From contig MU004237.1 in NCBI GenBank assembly GCA_010405405.1, positions 224,191 to 288,190 on the forward strand: 64,000 nt of DNA. Direction: 5' to 3'. The stretch comes from Microthyrium microscopicum. Lineage: Eukaryota. Shown here piece after piece: positions 10,090-24,261 of the stretch (within the stretch, counting starts at the first letter, position 1; each line of letters starts with the position of its first letter). A model generated the notes under the pieces. It searched no databases, was not told the origin of the DNA, and saw only the letters and a program-made list of their open reading frames with translations. A program made the position numbers and the translations under genes.

Positions 10090-11612
10090 CGTGGGCAATG
10101 GAAAGTTGCTTGCTAATGATTGAGGTATTGAAAGATCCAATGGTAGAAAATAACGTGAGTTTCGATGGCACTTAGAAGGTAGCTGTTCCAAGTGCAAGTT
10201 CTCGCCTTTAGTATTGCCACGCAATAAGGGACAGAGCTGAATGGAGCAATCAAGGAGAAATCCTTGAAGGAAGTTATGACATGATTACAGTTTTAGAGTC
10301 CACACGGTCATCAATCCCTAGGATTCAGTTCATCAGTTCTTCACAACTCCTACGACTACTTTATAATCCTTCAGGAGTCCAGGTAAGTTCCCGCCCGCCC
10401 CGGCCACAATCAGAAAGCCCTTAAGTGCCGTGAGTACAGCAAATTTCTAGAACATCGAGTCGGGTCGAAGTAGTCAGATTTGAATAGAGACAATGAAATC
10501 TAATAGGGACGCGATACCCGTTCCGTCAGAAGGTTCTTATGGTTCCTACAAGGAAGCCTTGAACGCAGCCAAAAACCATGGGCTTAAGAATGAATCTAAA
10601 CTTAAACTCAATTCTTTCAGATACAGACCCCAATGCCTTCCAGAGAATTGTAACAGAGATTGGCAACGGCATAGCAAAATAAATAAAGTTCTCCCATCGA
10701 CTCTGATGGCTGCCACCAACGCTCTTAACCAAAAGGTGCTATACTTCCCATTATATTCGATAAACTATTCGAATTGAAACATCCTTCATGGCAAATGAAC
10801 CACTTGATAAAAGAGCGTAGCGGATAAGAGGCAACCAGGCTGATGGAAGTGTGCCATTTATTTTGACGACTTGTTGACTACTACTAGTAGGAGCCAGCAG
10901 TATAACTGCACTGAGTTGATTATAATAGTGAGACAGCTGGCATTATCAATAACATGCCGCTTTATTGATTGTACTCCTATGATGTTTTACGACTATCATT
11001 TTGTCGACCGTGAAGCGTTCTACAGTGAATCCTTTGCTCGTGCTCGTTAAACTGCCCCTTTAACAACGCTACTTTTTCTGCAGCTACTTATGTAGCAGGT
11101 CTTACAATTCGTCCTACGGCTTCTCCCAAAGTGCCTCCTACTGCTCCTTCTGCTGCCCCTTTTGCTCCTGGTCGTCTGGAACGTGCTGCAGTAGAGCAGG
11201 CTTCGGCGGCGTGGGCAGGACTCGGTCCTCAAAAGCGACAGCGACGGAAATAGGCTTTCTTGTGCGGAGTTGTGTGTCAAAAGTGCCTGCTCGAGGCATT
11301 CTCATTTCTTGAAGACAAAGTTTTTTGGAATAACATTGTTTTCTGCTACTTGTGCCTACCTAATCTAAACACTCGACGAAACCAGTTCATTCTATCAACC
11401 AACGAGAGAAGAATAGCAGGTCGAAGGCTTGTAACTATCAATAACCGCCACCATGAACCTCGCTATGCACAAACCCAATCTCAAGTGCAGAGGATACTAA
11501 TAACAAGAATAGAAACAACACATCGAGCCCTCGCACAGATATGAGTGCGACAGAGCCTATCCAAAAAGTTCCCTGTTCATCCGCGAACAGCCCACGATAT
11601 CTGAGAAGCGGG

Positions 11613-14600
11613 CTATGCTCCAAAGGACTGTAGCTTGTTCTGCTCTTCAGCTGTCAACGCGCTGAAGAGATCGTTGAAACCAGGCTTCTGACTCGCTTGG
11701 TGGAAGAATTGAATCAAGTAAGCTTGAGTCTCATCATCCCGCTGGCGGTTGGCGCCTGGGTTTTCATCCGCAAAGGCCATGAGTTCCTTGATATTCGCTC
11801 CACCAAAGTCTAGAGTGTTGGGGTCATCTTCCCAATCCTCATCATCACTTCCTTCATCTTCGGCAGCTTCTAGAGCAGCGGCTTCTAGTTCGTGTTTTGA
11901 GCCGCTGGCGAATTGTAGTTCCTCTACCAGAACCTTGATAATCTTGAGATTGGCTGGTACAACAGTGAATTCATCAGGTTCTACGAGTGATTAGAATGTG
12001 ACATTGACTGCGTTGTGTTGCGAGAAAAACTTACGTAGTTTTGCACGAGATCGGGTCATAATGCGGTCGCTGACAGGCACGATCAAATCGCCTTTGACTT
12101 GAATGTGTGACAGGCGAGGATCCTCGAGTTCATAGAGTTTGGTAAGTGCAAGCACACTGAGAGAATTAGACACAACCGCAAGTTAGAGTAGACATGAGCT
12201 TACTTTTGACGGATTTCATCATATCCTGCGAAATTGACTGAGTTCTCAAGCCATTTGACAATAACCACGTCAAGACCATTATGGTCGCCAATTTGAACCT
12301 GGCCCAGAAAGTCCACGACATCTTTGGCGTTAGTAAGCGCCAATCGAGCAAAGACCAGAATAAGGCTTTGGATGAATTGAGCCTGGGTGGCACTTCCAAG
12401 GCGAACCGCTACAGCTTGAAGTAGTTGCATGAGGTATGGTCCAAGTCGTTCGGATCCAGCCTTCTCTACGAGTTCAGCAGCAAGACCACCAACTTCAGCA
12501 CCTGCGTTGTCCTCGACATGTGGGCCAAGCAGTCGATCAATGATCAGCAATATTACTTCCAGTCCATATTTGGAAGTTGTTGCATCTTGCCATTCTAGCA
12601 GCTGCTTGTGATCATGGGTTAGAATGTTTTTGACCGAAGCTGTGCAGCTCTTGAGCAGCTCGTCGTCATTCGATTGCAAGAGAATTTGAGTTAACTTGGG
12701 CATAATGGCACCAACAAAGCCATTTGGAAGTGGCTCAGAGCCGAATTTGGTCAATACCGTGAGCAGGTCCGCAGCGAGATTCAGCAAGGCATTAGCTTCG
12801 GTGGGATCGCCAATTCTAAAGGCGCCAATCACCATAGGCAAAATTTTCTCACAAAGCTGCGAGTATTGGTCTGCTCCCTCTGCCGCGATTCGCTCTGTGA
12901 CCTCTTCGAAGGTTTCGCTAACCATTGCAGAAATCATAAACAGTCCAGCGCCGTAGCTTGCAGTCCTAAACAAGAGATCTAGGCCACCGAGACTGATAGC
13001 TGCGTGGGTGTCTAATAGTATAGAATCGCGGATCGTTTGTATGAGAACTGCCATGAAGTCGTCCGATTCTGCCCTCTCTTGCAGATCCTGAGAGCTGACA
13101 AAGTTGCTAAGCATGTTGATTATGGGACCTTGCAAGGGGATAGCAAACTCGACACAGGGTTGTTCGATATAAAATTGCATAGCACGAACACATGCAACTT
13201 TTACAACATCCGAGTCGTCATTGTTGATGGCGTTCATGGTAGCTTGAAGATACACTTCGCCAGCACCAGTCAGATTGGTTCCAGCACATCTTATCAAACT
13301 CCCAGCAACCAAATACCCTCGAGCACGAAGAAATTCGTCTGACTGATGAATGGCGTTGTTGACGTATTCAACAAAACCGTTGGCCACTTCGGCACTGATC
13401 TGCTGTTCGGCCTCCTGGAAATAGAGCAGAAACTGGCTAAGTAGATAGAGGGTAGATTCCTTACTCTTCCAATCTTGTTCTGCGCCACCAAGAGACTGAA
13501 CATAAGAGAGGAGGCCATCAATCGCAGTATGCTTGAGCCAATCAGACAGATTTGTTGCTAGATCACCACATGCGGTTCTGGAGGTGTAGTTGGCAGTCAC
13601 ACCAGATTCTTCGGATAAGAAAATGTTAACATCAAAATTCCATAAACCCTCTTCCTCCGTGGTGATTTGGGCGTATGCAACAATGAGTTTCATGACTTCG
13701 GTCACCCAAGTTCCGCCTACACCAGTTGAATTTTGAAGTTGACCCTCGAGTTCTTTTTTGACTGGAGCAGCTTTGAGACAGGCCTTCATGAAATCCAACT
13801 CTTCCAGAACCAACCAATCGAGCGTGTATGGAAGTCCATCATCGTCTTCCAGCCTGTTTGGCCGCGAATCTTGAATGAACATGTTCTGATATGCATTTTG
13901 AAGAGAGGAGAGCTCTTCCCAGGTAGCTGTGAAGAGAGTTGGAGATTGTGGGGCGAGATTTGAAGGAAATATTTGTCTGATACGCATCAAAGCCTTGTAA
14001 TGATTAGTCAATGCTCATATGCAATGCTGTGGAACATCTTACCTTGACAGCTTGAAGCTTTAGTGCTACCAAGCCACGATAGCTTTGGGCACTAGGACTT
14101 CTTTGGCTCTCTTCTTCCGTGGTTGGTGGATTCGGGAGCTTTGATTGCAGGATCTGGAGGAAGAAAGGTACCCATCGTGTCAGGGTCTCATCTGCAAAGT
14201 TTTGAACAGCGTCTTTGTGCTCCTCCATGACCATTTCAAGAATATCAAAGCAGCCACGGAACACAAGTATAGCCAAGGCTCGAACTGTTGTTTTTAGAGC
14301 GTCGTTGGTTGCGACATTGTACACACTGTCAACTAGTTCTCTAGCAACGCCGAAAAACTGTTCCTCGTTAAAGCTTTCATCAATCAAATCGGCCAGGAGC
14401 TTCAAGGCACCGCCAATTTGATCTTCTGTGCCACTCTGAACTACGCGTAGGGTGGTGGGAAGCAGGTCAGGCCACTCGTCTGGGAAATCCGTACTTCCAA
14501 TCTTACTACACACGTAGCTAGCAGCCTTTCTAATTTTGCGCTCGTTGCTGTTCAGGGCGAGTTCGAGCAAAGTTTGGCGCAACTGGAGTTTTTCTTCGTC

Positions 14601-14849
14601 ATTGACCAAAACCTGGCCGCGAAACTCGTCGAAATCAGGACTCCAGGCAGCTTGCACAAACTGGCGCATATATAGAAGAGCTGCTTGCCGAATATTCAGC
14701 GGCACAGAATCGTGAGATCCGATTGAACCTAAAGCGAGAGCAAAGCCAGGAGTTGGATACATGTGGCTTAGCTGAAGCTCAGCAGATTTGCGCGGTGTGG
14801 GCTCCGCCGACTGAGTCGCCGCGAGAAGCTGAATGATTTGTTCCTCCAT
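11613..14849 (-). CDS. KAP114: Importin-9 / Kap114 (importin-beta family), multi-exon
   Basis: IBN_N-like start MEEQIIQLLAATQS; DFPDEWPDLLP; HEAT repeats; FAGYDEIRQ, RIMTRSRAK and acidic tail typical of importin-9. Confidence 0.88.
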
Positions 14850-15837
14850 TATGAATAGATCGGCGAGGACGACGGAGGAAGAGAGGTAAAGGAAGAGATG
14901 GGGACTTGTAGCTGGATCAAAAGCTTTAAGGTGGTATTTTGGGTGCTGGGTGGGGCAGCCAGGAGACGAATATTGGTGTTGACGCGCAGAGGCTGAGGTT
15001 TGGAGGGGTTCTAGCTGGTGTCCTGTAAGGATACACGCGATTTGATAGTGTTTTGGAAGATGAGAAGTCTAACAAATAGGATAGGACGCGTCTATATCAG
15101 GTTTGACGCGTTAATCTTGGGAAAGAAGATTGGAGATGAGATGGGAAAGTGGGAGAGGTGTTGCGGGCAGGTGAGTGGCCAAAAAAAATCATCAATGCCA
15201 GCAACTGGCGGTTAAGACTCAAGGTTCAACCGTAAGTTCCGTAACCACAGCAAATACTCTAACCAACACATTTTCATTATGATTTTATCGATTCTTTGAT
15301 GAGATAGCAACTATTCAAGGCAGCTGAACAAGTATATTTGCCAGCTATACAAGGTAACCATCACAGGCATCCATTGCGCCCTACCAAGTCACCTTGTGTC
15401 AGAGTACAGTCTTCTCAATTGCAACTCGCTCGCGGTATCTCTTCTCTCAATCGAGCCGAAATACCAAGTCGCGATAATACTTGTCACACCCGTCCATGAT
15501 CCCGCAGAGTGAAAACCACGTTTGACGTGGTATTCTTCCCGCGCATCATGGGGTTGTAGACTAGATCCGACCATCTGGTTCCTCTAGTCTCGGTTGAGCT
15601 TGGTTTAGATCTGGCACTATCAAACCTTAAATCATCCCCATTGGGTCCATCACGACATCACCCTAGACCACGTTGCTTTGATTATCTTCTGTCCTGGTGC
15701 CAATCCGGACCCGGTAGATCGATAGCGGGGCATCGACAATCATTCCCTCAAGTTTTTGGTAGACAGCTGGCCTTGTGGGAACCATCGTACGGTTGTAGCG
15801 CCTCGTCTCGGCCCTCGCTGCAACTCACTTCACGAAC

Positions 15838-16905
15838 ATGCCAAAACCTCCGCCTAAGAAGGTTGCAAGACCAGAAACCTACGTTCAGCTAGTCGCTCAT
15901 TTCCTCGATTTCCTCATCATTTGCATTCACACCATTTTGTACGAACGTGATGTCTATCCACGAGAATCTTTTGTTGCCATTCGGAGATACAACTACCCAG
16001 TGCGACACTCTCAGGTCCCGGAAGTTAAAGAGTGGATCAACGAGGCTATCGACTCGATTGAAGTGGAGATGAAGAAAGGCGCTGTTGAGCGAGTCTGTCT
16101 CATCATCTTCAGTCGCTTTGGCGACCCTCTAGAGCGCTTCGTCTTTGACCTCGCTAGTTTTCCAACTGTCACCAGACGCGATTGGTTCGTGCCTTTTGCC
16201 AGTACATCACCTGAAGAGCGCAAGAGAATACGAGAGGCCGGTCTACGGACAGCAAACATGGATCAACAGTTTCGTGCGGTAATGCAGAAGCTACAGTTCA
16301 TGCAGCGTGACCTGGAGCCACTACCTGAGCATGTTTCTTGGACTATTGCTATCGAAGTAAAGGATGAAGCCGAGGCTCCCGGACCTATAGAAAACAAGGA
16401 GACTCCTTGGATACCAGTAGAACCATCTCTACAGAAAGAGTCGGCTTACGGGGAGGTTCCAGCATATGTCGGTGAAGATATTGGAGGCGTCAAAACTACA
16501 CCGCTTCGACATGTTGAGGCCGGCGAGATGGCTTTTGAGATGTGGGTGGAAGAAGGTGCTGCCAAGATTGATGCGTTTGAGCAAGAGCACTTTGCAGACG
16601 AATACGAAGTTGATCACACCGTTCCCCCAGAGGGATTACCAGGTTTTCATATGGAACCTAAGATTGAGCCTTCCAAGGGTAAAGGAAGAGCGTTAGTCGA
16701 ATCCGACCCCGAAGAGGAGGACGAGGACGAGGACGCCAGCGAGGAAGAAGATGAATATGGTGAAGATGATATCGAAGATATTGAATTCGACGAGAACGAC
16801 AAACATGGAGCTGGGCATAAAGAAGAGGCGAATAAGAAAGACGAGGAAGATATAGACACTGATGATTCATTGTCACAATACAGTTTTATGCAGGGAGCGA
16901 CATGA
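15838..16905 (+). CDS. REV7: HORMA-domain DNA polymerase zeta subunit Rev7/Mad2B with an acidic tail
   Basis: FLIICIHTILYERDVYPRESF...YNYPVRHSQVPEVKEWI; PLERFVFD; TPLRHVEAGEMAFEMWVEEG. Confidence 0.9.
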   Translation: MPKPPPKKVARPETYVQLVAHFLDFLIICIHTILYERDVYPRESFVAIRRYNYPVRHSQVPEVKEWINEAIDSIEVEMKKGAVERVCLIIFSRFGDPLERFVFDLASFPTVTRRDWFVPFASTSPEERKRIREAGLRTANMDQQFRAVMQKLQFMQRDLEPLPEHVSWTIAIEVKDEAEAPGPIENKETPWIPVEPSLQKESAYGEVPAYVGEDIGGVKTTPLRHVEAGEMAFEMWVEEGAAKIDAFEQEHFADEYEVDHTVPPEGLPGFHMEPKIEPSKGKGRALVESDPEEEDEDEDASEEEDEYGEDDIEDIEFDENDKHGAGHKEEANKKDEEDIDTDDSLSQYSFMQGAT

Positions 16906-19900
16906 AGGCACACATGGCTTCATACTGCCGTGGACATACTTCCGCCATCACTCGAGTCGCAATGACCCAGCACATCATCAAATCAAATGGTCAGAGCAGT
17001 GTTCAGGCGATTCATTTCCTCAGTCCTGCGAGGATAGGCGGTATCCAGTACGATACACTTACTGCTCCCACACTCTACACCGCGTTCAATGCTTGATCTC
17101 ACCGGTGTGTTGTAAAAGGAGTTGCGAAGAGATGCGTTCAGCCTCACCGTTCTTTACGGTTCAGTTGATTCGGACTGACTTCAGACACCTGCCATCTCTT
17201 ATCATTCATCCTCCGTGCGCACTTCAGGCAACCGCTTGGTCTAAGTATATCAACCACCGATGACTCATATTTGCGCTCCACGAAGATCGATCGACACCAG
17301 TACCCCTTTATATCAACGGCATCAACTGAACGAAATAGCCTCAAAGCCTTATCGTGGGGGTTCATGTTGAATCTATAGAGAGGGGGGCGACAAAACACAC
17401 CAAGGAACACTGTCACTTTTCTTTCCATGGCAGCAACTGTCCAGCCTCTCAACTACAGGAGTATGCATGTGACATCAGCTGCTATGTTATCGAATCTCAA
17501 ACAACGGACCAGACCTATAGATCCAAGTAACAAGCAGCGTAAAGCAGATATAAAAGGAGGCGTCGCGATATGCAGGCAACGATATACAGGCATGTGACAC
17601 AACGCTCCATCAATAACAATGCAAAGAAGATCTATCAAGTCACGAGACCTCATCAAACTTGTTTAGCATCGATCGCTTGGAGACCCCATATTGGCCTTCA
17701 CTCACCAACCAATCTGCATCTCTCAACATGCATATCAATCCTAGTCACGATCTTGCCCACACTAGCTGAGCCGCATAAGGACTGCGCAGTGAACGCGTAC
17801 TATTTGGCAGCCTCAGCTAGAGAGACCATTTTTTCCAGCGATTCCTAGCACTCAGGGCGAAACGAAACAACGACTCGGAGCGCCCTTTTCTGACTCCTCG
17901 CTGCATGCATGCTCAGGCAAAATCTGAAAAGTCGCCTCTCAGAATGCGGTCTTTCCATGGATTCCAATTGGTTGGAATTATTTGCATTCGACCAATCAGA
18001 AGACGTAGAATGCATCGTGGCTGTGAATTTGCACAGCCACACGCGCGCGTATGCCCGATTTGGTAGTTGCGACCGCTGTCCATGCGATTCGACGGAACTC
18101 CCGCATGGTGACAGCTGCTTCATGCTTAGAGTGTATGGGATGTATAAGGAGCGGAAAAGCTTGGCTGGCGGATAGCTATCTTCCACCAGAGTTGGATATG
18201 AAATACAAGACTGAGGGATAATACATCATGGATGTTTGCATTGCTCTCGTATGAGCGTTCAGATTATTGTCTCCAAGCCTCTAATTTATCTGGTAGGCCA
18301 TGCCGATTCCTCCCTTCCTAAACACCGAACAATTGATCGCTATAAATTTTCTATCCCGGGAGTTCATAACTTCATACGGTTATAGTTTCCCTCAAACGCA
18401 TGTCTAGTTACTGACTTTGTCAAATAGAATATATTTCTTCCTAAACTTATGCGCCGAGGTCCAAGTTTCCTGTCAAAACTTTTGTTCCCCCTGATTATCT
18501 AAACTAGCATAGCACGGAACCTGGAAACCTTAGTCTGGAGCAATCATCCCTGAATTCTGAAGGTTCCCTGTACAGGCTACTTCTTCATGGTAGCACCCTG
18601 GAGACACTTCAGAATATGGTCAGCCTTGCGTAAACCTTCTGCTCAGTTGTTCAGAAAGGATAATGCATTGAACCGGCTGAAAACCTGACGAGACAAAGAT
18701 GGTAATTCCTTATCGTTTTTTGCGCCTTGCAGGTCCATCATCAGGCTGGGTGCCGTGACTACGAAGTATTATGGGTGGCTATCTGGCAAGTTGAGAGCTG
18801 GTTGACCATTTTTGGCCTCTCACATCAGAAGCCGAAATCTAGGAGCGGCCCGGGAAGTCTAGCGTGCAGGCTACGATGACACGTTGGCAATCAAAATACC
18901 TATTTTATCATGTTTCATCAGCTGGGGGTGGTATATTCGTTGTTGCCTTCAAAGTTGAACGGTTTGTGGCATGCCAGCAAAGCTAGTACTAGGATGTACT
19001 GGTATCAGTGAGACTCTTCTAGTGCAATTGCAATTGGTGAAACAAGAGATGCAGGCCAGGAAGTTGGTCAACAGTCAGGCCTCTTATATTCGCATCGAGT
19101 AGTATTGTGATAAAGCAAATCCAATTCATTCGGTAGTAAGGAGGGTGGATACTACGTTCTCTGCCACTTTGACGGCGCTGCAGAATATATGTATGATAAT
19201 GTATCATGATATGCAAGATTTCTCTTATGGAATTCAACTTTGATACAATTGGCTCGTTGAAGCGATGCATGAACTCATGCACCTTTCTCACCCGCTGATT
19301 CTACGATTATCAGGGCGGAATCCCGCTGCATACGAGCGGACCACAAACGAAGTCATCACAAGGCTGGACCATGAAGCCTAATAAAGAAACAACGTGGAAT
19401 CTGAAGGGGCGCTGGCGAACAGACCAAATGTATGTCCCAAGCACCGGAGCAGAACTGTTCTCAATTCGTTTAGTATACTCCAACACAACCACAATTTAAA
19501 CTTGCAAACCGCATGTAAAGTCTAAGCTCACACACACAGGGCGTCGCAAATTGTGCTTCGTGGCCCACGAACAAATTTCAATATTCTTCACGAAGCAAAA
19601 ACACTACCACTTCCCCTAGCCCTGGCGACGGATACTAAATGATCTAACGGGCACTACTAAACTAAGCCATGTCCGAATGTAAATTCAATGAAAGGTAATG
19701 CGTGCCATTTTTTTCAGTCTGGGGAAATGGAGAAATAATTTCGAACTTTCCATGCCAGCCTTGGAGGGCCAAGACTAGATGTAAATCATTCATCTATTCT
19801 CCACGCGCGGTACAGGCATTCTCAGAGTTTCGCCGACAATCCGAGATGGAAAGTATCCAAGCGAATAGGTCCAGGCTCAAAAAAAAATTGTTGAGAAATA

Positions 19901-22900
19901 TTATTTTTCCACACTCGGCATATTGATTGTGTGCCGAACCAGAAAAGTAAAAAAGTGCTGTCTCGCTTGTGAAAGAAGGCAAGGCATACCAAACTGTTTC
20001 AACTTTCGCCTGTCCATTGGAGACAGATGATGTTGCGGTCAAGACAGTCATTCACCGCTTGGTAAACTTGCTGCCCAAAACAAACAAGAATAAAATCAAT
20101 TCGATCGCAAAAACCTGGCAGCGAAAGCGACGATGCAGGCCAAGCTTAGGCAAACTGCTTTGTAATTTTCGTAGGGAAAGACTAGGATGAGTGCGCAAGC
20201 ACCACGACATAAAAATCCATTGTGGTAGTATTTTTTCGGCTGGGGAAATAAACTCAATCAATTGTATAGCAGTCTCTTGGTTGCTGCTTTACGCCCCATG
20301 GTGTGTCTGGGAGACAATGACTGTTTATTCACAGGGTATGCAATGTCTGCATGATGAGCTGGCACTGTGCGCGGAGATTGGGTATCAAGATGGACAAGGC
20401 GCACACACGCACACACAAACATTTGATAATATTGTAGAACTTTTTTGTGTAAAGCATGTGAAAATACACCGTAGAGTCGGCATTCATTTCCATGCATGCT
20501 AGGATGTAATAAAAGACAGGGAGATGTTCCAGTTTCCGAGAATTCTGATTGATGGTGCAACATTACCAAGCAGAATAAAGGGGAACAGGCAGGATCGGGG
20601 AGGAGAAGGAAAGCTCAAATAAGGTTGCATAAGAGTTGTTTTCTCGCAATTTGTGCAGTGGGATTCAATTCAGTAGGGGGCACAGTAAAAAGTCAAAGGT
20701 TGGAAAGTTCCTGGATCCTTCAGAAACGCCACAACGTTGAGCTTGGTCTATCAAATGAGCTTGAATAATGTTTTATGGAGCTTGATGGTCAACCACAATT
20801 ACCATCAAGATCACATCTCCGGAGCAAAGGTGAAATGCCTCAGTGCTCACTCGCGGTGTTGATTTTTGGTACTTGACCACACTATCATGGCACTCCCATC
20901 TTCTGATGGTAGAGTAAATAAAGCCTAGCAAAACCACGCGAGAAGTAAGACAACAACGAAGTGGACGCACAGTAGATTGTTCCAAGACAGGAGCGCTCCT
21001 TCCTCATTTGAATCATCTTTTCAACAAAAATGGCAAGAACGCAAACCTTATTTTTACCTCTTTCAAACCATCCATCTACACTCATACATCACGTCCTACA
21101 TCATCAAATCCATCTCATCAATATACATTCAAGCGACCGAGGTTATTGAATCGTCTGCAGTCGCGACTCGCCAAAGGAATCTTGTCATGATGCCAAGTCA
21201 AAACTCAGCCTTTCGCGATGCGCGCCGGCCACTAATGGAGCGGCCAGAGCCACGAACACTGCGACTGGTTGGATGCGCATCCCGATTTCCGAAGATGCAG
21301 GAAAAAACAGCCTAGTCCATCGCGGACTCACTGCTAGCTTCCACGCTCAACCAAAAACGCCCAAAAGATTTTTGGCAACATCAGCCTGACCCAATCCAAC
21401 GACACGGCAAGAAAAGCCGTGCAACGCGCCCGAGGGTTATTTGGCGACAAGAACGAATGTCCATTCAGGCCAACCATCGCAATGGTTTGAGCCTTGAGGG
21501 CGACGGTTTCTGCGCGACAAAAATGATGTAATGCTGGCGAACAATTGGCAGTATTTCCTAGACAAACTGGTTGGGCATCACGGTTGTTTTGTTACTGTGT
21601 TAGCCGCAAGGCTGCATAAATAGGTCCCTGCAAGAGCCTTGTTGGCCCGTTCCGCCAGAGTGGTTGCATGCTTCCAAGACATTTAAATGCCGGCCCCTAA
21701 ACAACAGCGCGCGTAGTTTGCGATTAGGAACTTTTGGAAAAGCACACTTCTGCATATGTGCGGCGAATCGAAATCAGATGCGAAGACTCACCGCCCGATT
21801 CATTATCGGGAGCCTCCCGTTTTTTGCAATTTCTTGTTGCCTGTTCCTGGTTCAGTTTTGCGAAAATGGGATCAGTACCGGGCGCAATTCTGCGTGGGTG
21901 AACTGATATCGTTGGCCAACCTTTCAGGGATCATTGTTGATGGATTCGTCTTTGCTCTCGTAAAGATTCGCTGGCGTGCCTGGCTCTGATAGTAGCGGAA
22001 ATTGTCAGAGCGGAAGCGCGGAAGTGTGGCTTTCTAGGAACGTTTCCGAGCGAATCATTGCAAGAATTTAAAATATGAGAGGCGTGAGTGGTTGGTCCAC
22101 GAATCTTGGCAAATTCCAAGACACAATCGTTACAGCCTCGTCTGTGTTTGTCTTGATTCCTGAAAAATCAAAACCCAAAATCCAGAGGCTCTTGAAATTC
22201 GGTCCGTTTCGTTGGGAACAACGCTTCAAAAATTGAACTACTGCAGTCGCGCATCAGAGTACCGTGATGTTTAGCTGACAGTTGTTCGAATTCTCTGTTG
22301 CAGCACAGTGCCGCCGGTTTTGCCGAGCAGTGGCATACGAGTTGTCTTACTCTACTCTCCTAACATAAGAGGATTCGTACAACGGTACATCGCGTCCAAT
22401 TCAATCTAGCCCACGCCTGGAAGGAACTCGTGGGTAGCGCAAAGCGGGCAAGATGCATCAACAGGTTAAACAGGTGTCACAGTGCAACAGCACTTTTCCG
22501 GGCTTGTGGAACCGAGAAACGTGAAAACGAAACGAGAGGGGATCATTTCGAAAAGGCAAGCGAGCAGATAACCATTATGATGACTGATAGGTTCTCGTCG
22601 AGAAAGGAGTCAAGATCCCTCTTGGGAAAATTGGCTTTCCATCAGAGAGGGATTGCCGTGACTTGCTTTCAAACATGGACCAGGCCAACATTCCAATGTA
22701 GCCAGCAGGATCTGGAAAGGGAAAGTCTGACACAATTCCAGCAGCGTGGCTCCTGGTAATTAATAATGAAAAACAGGCTAATATATTGCTCCCCTATAGG
22801 AGTTTTGAAATCAAAGCGTATAGGAGTGGTGCTTACGCTGGCGGAGCGGACTCATTGCGGCGGTGCATCAAACAACACAGCAAGCTTGCATCTTGCATGC

Positions 22901-24261
22901 ACAGCTGCCCAAAATTAGCCCAAACAAATGAATGCCGCCTCTTTACTCTGGTTATCAGTCAACAAAGCCCTGAGTTGTTTAAGGAATCAGGTTCGGTAAC
23001 AGCGAAGTGCTGCCATGGAAGATGGCACTCAGAAGGCGCAGCGCATTATGACTCCTCGCATAAGGGCATACCGCTCAACCAAGAGGCAGAGAAGATTAAG
23101 ATATCAGCGCCAGGTGATGAGGCTGGGAAGGTGCTCGTGAGGAGTCTGATGAGCAAGTATGAATGTTATGCGGCATTGCAATACTCTTATGCGTCAAGGG
23201 AAACACAACAGTAGGGCGAATTGGGCGACAGACTGTAGTCCATCAATTGTCATTCGCGACAGATGATGGTGTGCACTGTGAAAGAGGCCGCGTGGGACGG
23301 AGAGAAGACTGGCCGTTTGTAAATCGTAAAGAAGACGAAGAGAAGGAAAAAGCAAAAAGGGCAACATCCGTCTCCTATTCCACCAAGACCTCTGAACCTC
23401 TCGTCTTGGAAGCGGACGCAGCGGAGTCACAGCCTAATGAGACTAGTCTCTATAAAATGCGTTTCGTGGCTCGCCAACCCCCTCGGTATTCACGTTCAAA
23501 GTCAAGGACTGGCAGCCAACAGGACGGCTAGGCAGAGGGCGCGACACGACGGCGGACAGGCGAAAAGGAAGCCGGAGCCAATCAATGCTTCGGACTGGGA
23601 ACAAAGCAATTGCGCAGAGTCATCCCTCGGCCGGGAGGGCTTTTAGGCAGGATTGGCAGATCAAAAGCATTCTGTAAGCATGGACATGTTAGTGGACTGT
23701 CCAGTGTCTGTGTTGGGCGCAACATTGGTGGTCAACAGGCTTGAAGTCCTTTTACAGGGAAACCCATGACCGAGCAGTGCAGGGCACATCCCCCGACAGC
23801 CCAGCAGCCCCCCTGAAGTCTGGCTGATTAAAACAAAGAGTACCCGCCAGACTCTCGCACTTTCTCTCTTCTTCTCCCCGTGTGTCCTTTACACTCCCCT
23901 ACATCGATATTCAGTTTCTACCCAAAACTATCAGCTTCGGCCATTCTAACATCGTGGATTCCTATCCATTGAACTCATCTGCATCACTTGCCCTCTGCTT
24001 AGAAATTCGCCACTGGCCTATTCCCCCATAGATCCATCAAATGTTTGCTTCGAAGGTTAACGGTTCCTCCTCCTCTCCCTCTACCTTCATCCAGACTCCA
24101 GGATACAGATATCGAACACCCGAAGACGCAAGACGGCCACCGCCCTGAGATTGGCTCGAAAGAGCACCCAATTCCAGCCTCCTCGCTGGACACTTGACCA
24201 CAACCCCATTCCAACAACACAACCCAATTCACCAAAGTCTGTCTAAGACATATCAATAACA

